A DNA stretch of 64,000 nucleotides. Source: Oopsacas minuta (taxonomy: Eukaryota; Animalia; Porifera). The position numbers and the translations under genes were made by a program. This document shows positions 53,301 through 63,100 of the stretch, one piece after another (the first letter of the stretch is position 1; each line of letters starts with the position of its first letter). The stretch lies in the NCBI GenBank assembly GCA_024704765.1, contig JAKMXF010000111.1, forward strand, positions 1,008,619 to 1,072,618. The letters run 5' to 3'. The notes below the pieces were generated by a model. The model ran no database searches, had not been told where the DNA came from, and was given only the letters and a program-made list of their open reading frames with translations.

Positions 53301-55767
53301 TCTCTTATCTCATTTAGACATCGGATTACAACTCCTTTTACAGAAGTGAGTTTTATATACAGTAGTGGAACCTCGTTAATACGAACATCAACGGACGGTC
53401 CAAAAATTTGTTCGCTTTACCCGGAATTCGCATTAACCGTGTTCGTATTAACGAAGTTCCACGTGTTATTACATAAAAGCCGCATCATACGCATATATAT
53501 TGTTACACACTGACCGCTGGATACATCAAACGGATTCATGCCTACATTCGTACACTTTTAAGGAGTATAATTACTCATATGATTTACCTTAAGTCACTAT
53601 TTGCAATCACCTAGCAGTCCTGTTATATTAATAGAGTAACAACTCAATATACATTAGCTTTATAATGGACATTCAAAAGCAGATAGAATCCCGTCACAGA
53701 TCAGACCAGAATAAAGCAGCACTGTTCATACTAATATTTATAGTAACGGTAGGATTCCCTCTTTGGTGGAAGACTACAGACATACCTCGAGCTACTCTAC
53801 CATACGAGCAAGTATCTAATCTCCCTGACTTAGAGCTTGTAGAGTTCAAATACAAACTATTCTTAGTTAACAACGATAATACCATTACCTCTCAAGAATC
53901 AGCTGATCTGTCAAATGAACTGCTACAAACATGGAAATCAGGTGATGCTAATGTAACACTAGAAATAATACAAACTACATCTATACCTGTTGTAGCTCGG
54001 TCTAACGAGCTTGTATTAGTAATAGAACAATGTTCATTACTCAGACCTTCCATTACAAACTCAACAATCAATATATGCTGGGGAATTCAAACGAAACTAT
54101 TGCTACTAGATTTCATTTCGAACTATTCTCAATCTCTCCAGTCTTTCTACTTCACACGTTACTGTCTGTATCCACCTGCTGCAGGAATACAGATATCATT
54201 TACATACATACTGCCTTACGAGCTCGGTAGCCACATTCTACCGCTATTCTATTCAGATATCGACCAGTTCTATTCTCAAGTTAGTCAGCCTCTTAGAGAG
54301 TTGATAAACTTCACAATGGATTCTCAAATATACCATTTCAGTGTTATTCCAGGATTTATACTTCAAACAGTTGATGAGTACTATATATCAGAAGCTAACA
54401 TATCTCAAGTTGTTAACCGAATAGAATCATATCTAAATTCTTACACACTACAAAAACTTAAACTGAATTATCTAGTATACACTCCCAGTTTGGATAACAG
54501 GCCTCTTGGAATACGTGAGACTTACACAGGGGAATACCACAATATTGCTCTAGTAGATGATTGGGGCACAATAATTTTGACAGGAAATGATAAAGATTCT
54601 AACTATTCTACTATTCTACCACCAGTAATACACAACTTGAAACAGTTACTCAAGTTTCCATACATATTCTTTGCTACTGATGAAGTAGATCTTACAGAGT
54701 TTTATGTATTCAATCAGCTGGAGGTTAATCCCTGGTTATACAAACAAATACAATGTTATCACAATTCAGCTAAAAACAATTTGAACTCTCTTATAATCTC
54801 CATATCAGCTGAAAAGAATATGTTCATCAACACAGACATACAACTAGCTACACTCAATGCTCTAGAGCAGTTAGAACAGTGTAGACACGCATACATACAG
54901 GGAGAACTACCATCAGCATATCTACATTGTAAGGAGGGATGGGAACAGAGTTATAAGGCTAACTACGACCCTAGCATTCTTAGTCTGCTATACTTCCCTG
55001 AGGACCAGAAATATGCTATATATGTACCTCTCTTCCTGCCTCTTGGTGTTATCCTGCTACGATCTGTACCAGAATTGTGGAGATGGATACGAGGAATAGA
55101 AACATAAATTAATATTAATAATTCATGCGTATAAATATTATCAGAATTTAGAGGCTAATTAAGTGTTAATTAAAGAATAATTTTTAACAAATAGAGTATT
55201 AACTTTTTCTTGTGTATAGGCAGTAGTATTCATAGTGGGAGGAGGAAATTACACTGAGTATCAGAATCTTAGAGATTATTGTAAGGTATGTGCTCTCATG
55301 ATATTTATAAGTTGCAATAAGGACAAATTCTATTAACCGATTACGGCCGAAGTTTTACGTTCGTAATGAAAAGGAACACAATTTTACCAATTCTTGCACG
55401 AAAACGAGACATAAGCACTTTTTTACGTCATAAAATCACACATTTTCCTGGCAGTATCCGGTTAAGCGAACTCTCCTTAATCTAACAGAATAGTAATGGA
55501 GACAATTCTGGTTAATCTGTCTCTTTGATTATTCAGGACCAACTATCCTATACTGATGTAGTTGAGTACATTTTATTCAACAATTAATTTTAGAGAAATC
55601 AAAGCTCCAAACAGATTATCTATGGAATGACTGATTTGGTGAATCCAGAAAACTTTTTAAAAGAGGTAAGAATTAACTCTCATAAACTAGCCTGCTAATA
55701 ATTGATCCTACTCTCCCCCCTCTAGCTGATTGAACTAGGCGAATCTAGACCAATCCCTTCTAATTAG
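38327..55767 (+). CDS. SCFD1: Sec1 family domain-containing protein 1 (Sly1), about 26 exons, host of six nested genes
   Basis: Manual splicing: 38327-38390 MATLSKG..AIRYKQI; 40794-40867 [14 protein letters not shown]; 41185-41273 [16 protein letters not shown]; 42409-42499 [18 protein letters not shown]; 42665-42787; 45199-45286 [16 protein letters not shown]; 45775-45874 [33 protein letters not shown]; 46549-46615; 48394-48451 KTYDL..DTFW..FKG; [19 protein letters not shown]; 50501-50550 YKYFDPK; 53318-53345; 55220-55285 [17 protein letters not shown]; last exon 55726-55767. Junctions flanking the nested genes are in phase. Confidence 0.95.
38698..40572 (+). CDS. HPS1: Hermansky-Pudlak syndrome 1 protein (BLOC-3 subunit), intronless, in SCFD1 intron 1
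   Basis: Longin-type N-terminus [48 protein letters not shown]-terminal YYLFVNR and ELYMIH. ATG at 38698. Confidence 0.8.
   Translation: MRCIILIDIMIQFFHGDDEYYDHLSKQISARLQSGVTDSSGVASTEYLFSRLDTLWGFFAPLATSYYLMARSGKPYTSIKTDAGYIIVFQKFGEILCIAVNGDGKETELEMLRKCYILHTLTRLFVGPLEDQLNPGDMGARTELWNKIGRCIDSWSYLYSNRPAILVEAIERLQVKEEISFKCREELMRCMSSLKVAEISPILHSLVFVDSKLFLHISHLDPPLVSQSFLILSMYVQANFTDINSAYPPETDINNPFYTKERLFLPTAAGTITPLTVYCVGFGVGMVLVLLVRCGDPILANNICTSISSIQTITTLSSLNRRPENSRDLIVLIDMYLKRSADTWNKISFANGADQFKSMCGSVIATWEKCKADGLAESIEMRRLEPSHENQINKVLRDLQKIFTILYYARVYRKQSDADGMMFCCKILNTKFATDYGDFLQVKAERNIHANIDVSNYHGLAYYLFVNRRNDSYTAVNFCERDSVVGVSCLDELTGKRGKKSGVLLRQKVWDLVDRVHRFSQHGCTLQIWEEEDFVLSYHLWFCNQRSGVRIACQERLFSEGIPPGILTDPSSYKRYGREVVVLELYMIHMRDTNLCGVIANAELISEKLWQQSRESAPRFAAIL
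41326..42234 (-). CDS. NHL-repeat beta-propeller protein in SCFD1 intron 3
   Basis: NHL motifs APKTLALD...[45 protein letters not shown]; no RING or B-box. ATG at 42234. Confidence 0.8.
   Translation of the reverse strand: MEKKKPTHFDRYHLIKSPQKAGINWGTNIDQLQAPKTLALDDINGNIYVADALNSRIQVFDKELKHHFNFQGDKSPHNQAVKYPWGVCIRNSLVFVTEKGGNKLKIFSLDGSFITSTANSGTSYIIKLSSPMGVAVDVDNTTYICNSGSECIIMLIPELPIVRRICFGERPMDVKLHKEYLLVLKEKSIQVSFYTKCGDFVRNMKLDMIRSPDFLAIDHFDNLLIACQDSGKLACQDSGKLACQDSEELAGLNTGSIVIHSWEGKLIHKICSLFKNIRGLAIDKEGWIINVCELNKSRLKIL
41497..41559. repeat. 24-bp in-frame coding tandem repeat ([25 protein letters not shown]) in the NHL gene
   Basis: gctatcttggcaagctaatttccc twice plus a partial copy. Confidence 0.9.
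43636..44862 (+). CDS. Multi-pass membrane protein, probable divergent 7TM/GPCR-like receptor, in SCFD1 intron 5
   Basis: 408-aa ORF with an N-terminal hydrophobic segment, a short Cys-containing ectodomain (CPYPLEL...CQFP) and about seven further hydrophobic stretches. Family not assignable by eye. Confidence 0.55.
   Translation: MKWKRFSLIMLLTMFDIFLIILTILPMLFSSLMPPPSLNETFIISKYNEILEKIEVNACPYPLELTDSLCQFPDYSTFPEWRYSALITAVLFLIFNLFVLCIWFFHRSLRRGIFIGLIIILLLSLLISIIFNISAYHTVDDGLFAKMVYEQILGFCLHFKLISFFLWINFHLFQVTYILLFPTFQLPINTCSATICKITLATILALIIPSINIIFLDGYSLLTFLPLPRTWAGFYYLLIFPLCLLNSSTLILATLLAMVVRKIKKSVGDANVLWYTPLTSYTVRMFLFFAVGSLLLDLILSMSLVVKNHELIFNTNETFYLAISIVYNSKIAMDSTMNYHKRTSLNVLKLSFIPIILWPVCLLCYELAFSWTTITKLVTKWMDSIQGFCHITFLPLRSSEQQLPSSSN
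46781..47824 (-). CDS. ABHD12: ABHD12-like lysophosphatidylserine lipase, intronless, in SCFD1 intron 11
   Basis: N-terminal TM helix, [21 protein letters not shown], nucleophile [21 protein letters not shown], catalytic His in TGHN. Confidence 0.88.
   Translation of the reverse strand: MKHDCQLILMAMLRLITKSNFLFVFLNISFVIAYIILPLTVRSSHWLQIELAYMNRINIPPFADLDNPIHFGFPNSYNLKITHDLCEEIGAWHILPRSSALEEVSKTPPRFGRFGPIVIYNHGTFASRAMYHRVSLYQFLSGEGFEVLTYDYRGFADSPGQISEEGLTNDAIGVYKYVLKHSEPGAHLYLWGHSLGSGISIQALFRILKEQPDIRMPEGLVLECPFINFIKAAYSYPLFSIYRLIPKYAEWLSNGTKINFDSDIKVPHLAVALPILILHGENDFVVPIWQGKALYQAANLSTQLQLGNPKCLKFGSLPETGHNEGFSSLMMKEHLNNFTLNCIENSL
50732..53032 (+). CDS. S/T/P-rich low-complexity protein with a POM121/Nup153-like C-terminal tail (tentative nucleoporin), nested in SCFD1
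   Basis: 766-aa ORF: acidic N-half, S/T/P/F-rich C-half (FQF, FTSG, FAFG), ending FLGTGGG...[12 protein letters not shown]. Few true FG repeats, so the identity is uncertain. Confidence 0.45.
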   Translation: MASKLYVSIVTSILMSPINNGKRIKGFKKEYPPLPWYTGSEMEEIMREEQLTAETQDPLPKEDPVLQTLRQKDLKMKRGISLFLSEDPVEETKAKKVCIEPTESISSLSSDEMLTPTDMLSPVAPAPEVEAKRNLSGCFRLEEDLDIDASEYEYGSNRKQTISPKDTNQQNTSTEKEKQSSDLVIEPQDTIMTSSPNTTPPKDKDINTTSPEVSTTPIKDTPTLTEEEVADINRKSFILHYESMCRVVGLSKVGRETLLKEWQEQEVGSKTKPVGILKNPTERFDIKTDTNSLNTLNTPTTDKVVSFCIPQTSLATDTNHVVNVSQTSSNSNLPSLPTESSTAGSACEEPTTPILTPSPLIHPLPSAFMSTPLRGVPTDKGPVSSASFPKPPLISQDISIIPPITNQTKYPFQSLVTSPEVFQAPLSSKSVISQPTHLQTSFLAPIMSNPLSVLPTTSQAITPVIIISSSSNKPFNPLLFLSKSQAVSTPQSSLISNSLFKMPATSSSLANPVSLFQTFQNTSVPKTTQTISSASSLFQLPVTPSTSTSPAYPVSLFQTFQNPAVPKITQTISSGSSLFQLPVTPSSSTSLTSTSTPIFSFLAPSNSKANQLQPATNLLKSNKPFHNLELSYSIPTTSKPQFTPLAPSSFKPLLATNSPFQPVIKSTPSSFLPQDPPAPSVNFQANPVSAPAFQFNPQPSEPPLPTVPTFTSGIPMNFAFGQTTDTNSSAIFLGTGGGRGSGSGTSSGTSQSPYRPARNTFKKKRK
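52265..52501 (+). repeat. 123-bp (41-aa) internal tandem duplication in the S/T/P-rich ORF
   Basis: [33 protein letters not shown] occurs twice, starting at 52265 and 52388. Confidence 0.9.
53365..53462. mobile_element. MITE-like element (family 2) between the SCFD1 micro-exon and PIGS
   Basis: 22-bp inverted repeats gtggaacctcgttaatacgaac / gttcgtattaacgaagttccac (21 of 22 match). A similar right end (ttcgtattaaagaggttccacg) occurs at ~29164-29185. Confidence 0.75.
53665..55107 (+). CDS. PIGS: GPI transamidase component PIG-S, intronless, nested in SCFD1
   Basis: N-terminal [19 protein letters not shown]; C-terminal [25 protein letters not shown]. Confidence 0.95.
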   Translation: MDIQKQIESRHRSDQNKAALFILIFIVTVGFPLWWKTTDIPRATLPYEQVSNLPDLELVEFKYKLFLVNNDNTITSQESADLSNELLQTWKSGDANVTLEIIQTTSIPVVARSNELVLVIEQCSLLRPSITNSTINICWGIQTKLLLLDFISNYSQSLQSFYFTRYCLYPPAAGIQISFTYILPYELGSHILPLFYSDIDQFYSQVSQPLRELINFTMDSQIYHFSVIPGFILQTVDEYYISEANISQVVNRIESYLNSYTLQKLKLNYLVYTPSLDNRPLGIRETYTGEYHNIALVDDWGTIILTGNDKDSNYSTILPPVIHNLKQLLKFPYIFFATDEVDLTEFYVFNQLEVNPWLYKQIQCYHNSAKNNLNSLIISISAEKNMFINTDIQLATLNALEQLEQCRHAYIQGELPSAYLHCKEGWEQSYKANYDPSILSLLYFPEDQKYAIYVPLFLPLGVILLRSVPELWRWIRGIET

Positions 55768-56006
55768 AATAATCAGCTGATAAATGAGCAGAGAGAATAC
55801 CGAAACGCTTACCCTATAGTTGTACATACAGTATATATATATAATCATATTGCTACAGAATTTGACACTTAGGAAACAAAGTACATACAATAATAAGAGA
55901 TTGTATTAATTAATTACTTGCCAATTCACATGTTCTAACAAAAGCTCTCTCCTTCCTGAGTGTCGTTTCATAGTAATTACTCCTCTCGTAACATAATGAA
56001 TTCAGT

Positions 56007-56963
56007 CTAACTCTTCTCAGCTATGAGAATAGCAGCAGCTAGATCTACTTCACCTCCGGAGTGAGATAGTGCTATCATTGAGTTAGCTCTATCGAATCCC
56101 ATGTCAGATAACTGCTGTACTTTCTCTTGGGTTACATTCAGAGGCAACGCTGTATCATTCCTAGGTATAGGAGCAGCAGGTAATGCTCTGTTAACGCGGG
56201 GTCTCTGTCTCGGTATGTTACCCATCCAACGTCTCCTTCCCATCCACCCGCCAAGAGGAATTTGTTGTGGAACATTCCTGAGACGTGCTTCCTGATGGTC
56301 CATAATTTGAGAGCGTTGTACTTCTAGAGTAGCTCCGCTCCAAGGAATGGCAGGGGGTCTGTTGTCAGGAAACCATTTGAAGAGTGTCTCTCCCACTTCT
56401 CTCAACTTATCGGGCAGAGACAAGTAGTAAGATCTATGCAGAGTGCGCCAGGATTGTTCAAGTATAATTCCTACAGCAATACTGACTACAGCTGCTCTAA
56501 TACAGTTCTCCTCTAGCATTAGAGCTTGTATAAGAATGAAGAGTAGCAATGCATTCTCTGATACTAATAGACTTACTACGTCAAGCTGTAGAGGTAGCTC
56601 TGCTAGGAATAATGGGAACAGAACACAAATCAGTGATAAGAATACGTGAGTTATTTCATCCTCTGTTGCTGCTATGAACAAGCGACTAACTCTAGCCAGC
56701 AATAAGCTAATGAGTGTCCCATAGAATAACAGCTGTATGAACTGCCATGAGCCTAATCTTCGTTCTATGACTCTGTATTTCCATAGTATTATGAGCGGGA
56801 GAATACAGTAGGGATAAGATGGAGTGAGGGTAGCTAATAGCCTGGTCACCAGAGAGGTAGTTGGGTTGTGTAGTAATGCAGTGTTGACATAACGGAAGGC
56901 TGAGAATGCTATTACAGCGAGGGAGAGAGCTTTACAAGCAGGGGTTCTATAGAAGTATGACAT
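56007..56963 (-). CDS. UBAC2: UBA domain-containing protein 2 (rhomboid-like pseudoprotease plus UBA), intronless
   Basis: YRTPACKAL, KYRVIERRLGS..F, ATLEVQRSQIMD, C-terminal UBA EKVQQLSDMGFDR..SMIAL..SGGEVDLA..IL. Confidence 0.85.
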   Translation of the reverse strand: MSYFYRTPACKALSLAVIAFSAFRYVNTALLHNPTTSLVTRLLATLTPSYPYCILPLIILWKYRVIERRLGSWQFIQLLFYGTLISLLLARVSRLFIAATEDEITHVFLSLICVLFPLFLAELPLQLDVVSLLVSENALLLFILIQALMLEENCIRAAVVSIAVGIILEQSWRTLHRSYYLSLPDKLREVGETLFKWFPDNRPPAIPWSGATLEVQRSQIMDHQEARLRNVPQQIPLGGWMGRRRWMGNIPRQRPRVNRALPAAPIPRNDTALPLNVTQEKVQQLSDMGFDRANSMIALSHSGGEVDLAAAILIAEKS

Positions 56964-57187
56964 AGGGTCTATGCTACTGCTAGGTATAAATTCTATAGAT
57001 ATACAATTATTGATCTATCATGTACTTAACATATAGCAATATTGATATACGAGCTAGTGGTTGAAATATGATATACTTTGTTCTGTAGAACAGATGTATA
57101 CAATTCAGCTTATCCCATCACTAAATACATATACGTAATTATAACTCTTGCTGCGAATTGTACCGTGTACATAATAATTCAAGGCTT

Positions 57188-60100
57188 TCAATCTAGATAT
57201 TTCAAACTCCATCCTCCTCCCCGATTGATTGATATAATCTTCTTGTGGAACTAGAAATTACACAAATTTTATACTTCAAGTTTTAAACTCCATTATTACA
57301 TAAAGAGGATATTTATTACCTTTTTGAGTGAAGATCTATGTCCTACAGATAGTAATGTTATTGTGAGATCTATACACTTTTGATACATTTGTATTTCAGT
57401 ATCTTCATCTGTAGAACTCGTTGCTTCGTCTAAAACTATACAAATTATTATTAGTTAAGTTCAAAAAAAAGAAATCTTATATCAAATTACAATCATGTAA
57501 AATTACATTACGAGTGTTATGCATAGAATATTGTTATATGAATATATAGCTAACCTGCTAGAATAGGACGATGGTAGAATAACCTTGCAAAATATATTCT
57601 CTGTTTCTCACCTGGTGATAGCTCATTCCTTAAATATAAATCTATAATCTGCAATATAATTAGTAATGAATACACCAATACCAACAATAAAGCTTCCTAA
57701 CTGTTCTCCCTTCATAATAAGCGTGGAAAGATTAATAAAACTATACTCAGAAATACAATCCAATGGATATCTCCAATTAGATTGTCTCAACCCAGTAGAG
57801 ACATCTAGGGAATCAACTATACAGCATGTATTACCCACTCAAATCAATACACAAGTTGATTACATCACAAAGAGGCAACCTATTAGAAACAGTGAAGAAA
57901 CGAATCCTAAAATTAAAAACATTACGAAACGACTGTTAGGAGAAAATGTTCTGAAACGCAGCAAAGACCCTTACGAGTTCCCTGAAACTGATCAAGATGA
58001 TAACAAGCAAGTAAAGATAGCTCGTACTTCCAATTCATCCAACACACAAAGAACTACAACTGGAGACTTCAATAATGTAATGGCTAGTCTAATTACAGAG
58101 CAAAATCTTGAAACAGATGTACACAACTCTCCCAACAAACTACCATCTCAACCTGACAAGACTGCTAGCAATGTACGCATGGATTTCGAGTATGAAGCCA
58201 CGAGTCCTACAAGGATTACAGTCAATATACAGGACACAGTCAATCACATTAAAGACATATAAAAGTGTGTCAAAATGAACTTTTTTAATTATTTAAATCA
58301 ACTCACCACTGAGGAAGACTAAGATACTCTTCTGTATCGAATCTATCCAGAAGGTGACTCTAAACGGGAGTGTCATTATTCGCGAAACTGTTAAATTACG
58401 AAGAAGTAAAGTCAACAAAAAAATCTTACCAAATTCGCAGCTGTAATAGCTGTCAACACTTGCTCACGGTTTATGGTCACCTGTGTACTTCTCAACGGAT
58501 AAATCACCTGTTATATTTATACTATATTACATTATTATATGACTAATTGGTGTGTATTTTGTTCATTTGTATGATTATTTTGATTAATAATACGAGTATT
58601 AACTAAATGTAACATTTCCTAATTAAATATAAGTTCCATATATATAGGTTAGAAGCAGCTAGCAGGATTTAAGAGACTATACAAGGCCAGTATTCATGTC
58701 CCAACGCCTCGGTGTAGTGAATTTTAACGGTTAGTCGCATTAGATCGGCCCAAGAGGGAAATTAGTCCGCAGTTATAACTAACTTGATCAACAATAGTAC
58801 CAGATGATAGGTAAGGTGTTTGAGGGATGAATATAGCATCTGGCGGTTGGAGAGGTTTCCATGTTGATACAGTACCTATAAATAGTTATAATGGTAATAA
58901 TAGAATATCAAAAAATTAGCAAAATGACTGTTGAGTGTCGGAATGCAATTAATGAGCCAGATTGTTGCAAATCAGCACATAGTCTGTAAATGAATATAAA
59001 ATATCTTACCGTCTTTATGAGTCCATATTCCAGCAATCGCTTTAATCAGTGCACTTTTCCCACATCCTATAAACAAATTTTAACAAGAAATCATTAAATT
59101 ATCACAAATAAACTGGCTTAATAACTAACACATTAGAAATGACACAAAAAGTGCTTACAAAGCGTCTGAAGAGTGTGATATATGATGATCTCATGAAAGA
59201 GATGACACATAGAGTAATCACAGGACCACTACCCAGTCAAAGTGAGAGTATATCAGGCAATCAAGGTCTTAATACGTCATATAGCGCACTAGCACCTGTA
59301 TTCGATAAGTCAAAATTTTCAACAGACGCATTATTCATACCGGTTACAGATAGCATGAGAGATGTTCTAAGAAAGGAGCCGAATAAACGTAGTTTATCTG
59401 ATATCTCAATTGTGAGACCGATAGCAGACCAGTTAGAGGAGGCTCATCAGCAATTCCAGTATGCAAAAGAAGCACTATGTCAGGTTATGCAGCTAGCACA
59501 CTTGTCTACAGGACAGAGTTTGTTACCAGCTGAAGGCAGACAAGCATGTTTTTACTTCATAGTAAGTGGACTAGTAGAAGTATTTGATGAGAAGAACCAT
59601 GCAGAGGGCATAGGTCACTCTAATTATTTCACTTACAGGCTAGAGCCTGGTGATTACATAGGACTATTCTCAGTAGACGGTAGAGTTAAGCCAATACCTG
59701 AATGCATATTAGCTTTGAAGGAAAGTATTCTGGTTAAAGTACGACGTTCAGACTTCGAGCAGGCAATAGAGTCTGAAAAACGCAAAGATTTCAATCGTAA
59801 ATGCGATTTTATGAGTAAATGCAGACTCCTGGGTCTTACACAAGAGGAACTGATGCTAACAGCAGAATCAATGGCTAGTGAAGAGTTCTTATCTGATAGA
59901 GTACTACTAACACAGGGTCACGTGTCTAAACACATATTCTTCATAGTTTCTGGTAGATGCTCTGTACTACGCCTGCTTAAGATTAGAGGTGAAAAGATGA
60001 TGGTAAGATGCATGGAGCTTTCTGAGGGAGATTATTTCGGAGAGAGTTATTTCCTCTATAAAAAGCCTAGTCAGTACACATACTTATCTCAGGGAGTAGT

Positions 60101-63100
60101 AAAGTGTTTTATGCTCAGTTATTCAGATCCAGGGTCACTCCCCTCTCGTCTGAGAGAGCTAGTTTTACGCTCAGCTCCTGTCTACTCATCAGATTCTGTT
60201 CTAGCTAGTAAAGCACTCAGTTACTGTAAATGGAGTGATTATAAAGAGAGTGTTCTCACTACTGCTGTCAATGATTCTGTTAGGTTAAAAATATCTAAAC
60301 TAAATTTCTCACCCTCGAGAAGACAACCTGATTTAATTGCAACAGGTTCAAAGATAGATCTACAGAAGGAGTTGAGTTTATCAGAAGTAATTGATCCAAT
60401 TACTGAACAATCTCATGGCAGTGCTAGACAGCCAAGTTTACCAGCAATCCTACAGTCTGTTTCAGGTAAATCTCTCATAGCTAGAACTCCAAATGACACT
60501 AGAAATGCAGCAGAGATTGTACGAGATATGGAGGAGGAACATGCTAAGTGGAGTCATAGATATGACGTCACAGCTCTAGAGGCTGAGGAGCTCAAACGTA
60601 GACTGACAAACATGAGGAGAACTAGATCACTGAAGAATAGAGTATCTTCTGTCGTGCAGGTACTACCCAAAATAGAGAGTGATACACATTTAATATCACA
60701 GCAGAGCAATACAAGCGTAGATTTCACAGGATCTGAAGATGAACAAGCGTAGCAACCCATTCGTGCAATTGGTATTTGCTTCTCAAATATTTTATAATGT
60801 ATCCTTGTAAATTTTTAACCATTTCACTTTATTAAATTATTATTGCTAGAATCATTGTAGGAACTCACCACTTGGTCCCATTATTAATGTATTACAATTA
60901 TACGATACATCAAATGTTAGTTTGTTTATAAGTATTCTATCATCAGGAGAGTAAATACAAACATCCCTCAAGGACAATAACATATCTTCTCCTAGATTAT
61001 CTGATTGAATACTAAATAGAAAGAACAATAATCATAAACGATTTTGTCGAGGACATAATCTCGCTTAACTTTTACAACTATTACCTACTCACTATTGGTA
61101 TAGTAATTCCTTCATTAATTAGTTCTAATGAAAGAGGAGTTACTTTATCTTGTTGTTCTCTCTCTTTATCAATCTTGTTGAGTTCATGCAATAGTTCTCC
61201 TACCCTAATAAATACGGTAAGACACGAAATATATTATTATTATTATGACTTACAAGCTTGCTCTGATATAGATTATTTGGTTACCTGATAGAAAATCCTG
61301 ATACAAGAGACAATTCATTTGCTTGTTCGATAATTGTAGTGAACTGGTTTATTAGATAGATAGTGAAGAACACACTCTAGTGGAACATAAATACACACAT
61401 ATGAATCTCAGGATATGAGTTATGAGTTATTTGAAATATTAATATACTCTACCTTACTAATCAATTCAGCTAATTCTGCATTAGACTGTTCCTTATACCA
61501 ACCACTAAATACTGGTATAGCAATAATCCCATACGTGATAAGAGATCCCATGTAATCTGTTATGTTAATCGCCACTGTAGAATTTATAAAATAATCATAA
61601 CATATTCAATGTATCTCTACCAGAGATCCAGGAGCTTCCTAGTGGGTTCCAGACCGACTCTGAGACTTAGTGAAATTTGTTATATATTTCCACATATATA
61701 CTGTTTCTTACTTACTCTGTAGCGGGTATCTCCAATGTAACAACACCCTCTGACTATTCAAAGTGCCCTAAAGTTGAAATTACATTACATGTTTGTTTAG
61801 ACTAGAAATTTACGTAGTATTCTTACTCGAAATGTTCTTCCAATCTTTTCAGCTTCTACTTCAAAACCTCTACAAAATACTAAATAATATATTGATTATT
61901 CCTATCGAATTTGTTACTTACCTCTGTAAGGATACACTATCTGCATGCTCCCTTAACAGTACGTGATAATACCTACAATATTTATATTAATAGTCTGTTT
62001 TGCAAACTCTGTCCTTTAGCTCAATATATAAGTTAAAACTATGATACGACAATACATAATACGATCTCTTAAATATTCCACATATTTGCGTATCTCTACC
62101 AATAAAATATCCTATCAAACAGATGGTGTATTTTCTTTTTCTAACGACGATCTAAAAACTCAACTTTTCCCTAAGATAATCCAACCAGAAAATCCTTACT
62201 TCCTAAAAGTTGCAATTCTGGGAGAGCCAAATGCAGGAAAATCCTCCTTAATAAACAGCTTAATGCCTCGCGATATGTTCCCAACTTCACATGTCATGCA
62301 CACAACACACAAAAAATCAACTGGAGTAATCACACATGGAAACGTACAAATCGCGTTTTTAGACACTCCCGGGATCGTGACAGTCCGAGAAGGGAGAGAA
62401 AAGAAAGTAGACAAGACAGTATTGTCAGATCCATTAGCATCAGTACAAGAAGCAGATCTACTACTCGTATTATTTGACATAGCAAATAAGTATAAAGTTA
62501 AGTCATTACATCCTGTAATAGTTAAATATTTGAGATTATACGATCTTCCAGCTATCCTAGTACTGAACAAAATGGATAGTATCAAACACCAGCAAAATGT
62601 ATTAAAACAACTTGATTCAATACTCAAGTCCTATCACAGTACTTCTATTGATAAAGAGGAAACTCCCAACGAACAAGTATCAAAACGATTTCAAGATACT
62701 TTCTTCATATCTAGTGTAACTGGTCAGGGAATAATACCTCTAAAAGAATACATACTTAATTGTGCTAGTCCAGGCAAATGGCGATTTCCAGAAGACTTCA
62801 CGAATGATATGGATATATTAGGCAAGTTAATTATTTATTTATGAATCACAATTTCCCTGCTGTAACAAGGTCGTCGTCTATAAATCACGGTCACTTCGGG
62901 CAATCAATATTGATTTGCAAAAAAGGGCTAATCCAATTTAGAAATCCTTACTTGCCAGCCCTCATATCTAGTGCTAATATTTGCTATTTTTCCAGATATT
63001 TTCGGATGAAATAGAGAAAATGACGTGAAATATAGAACCATAATTCTAATAGGTTTATTTAGCCCTGTTTTTATTTCTAGAACTAATCTCTGAGTTTATT

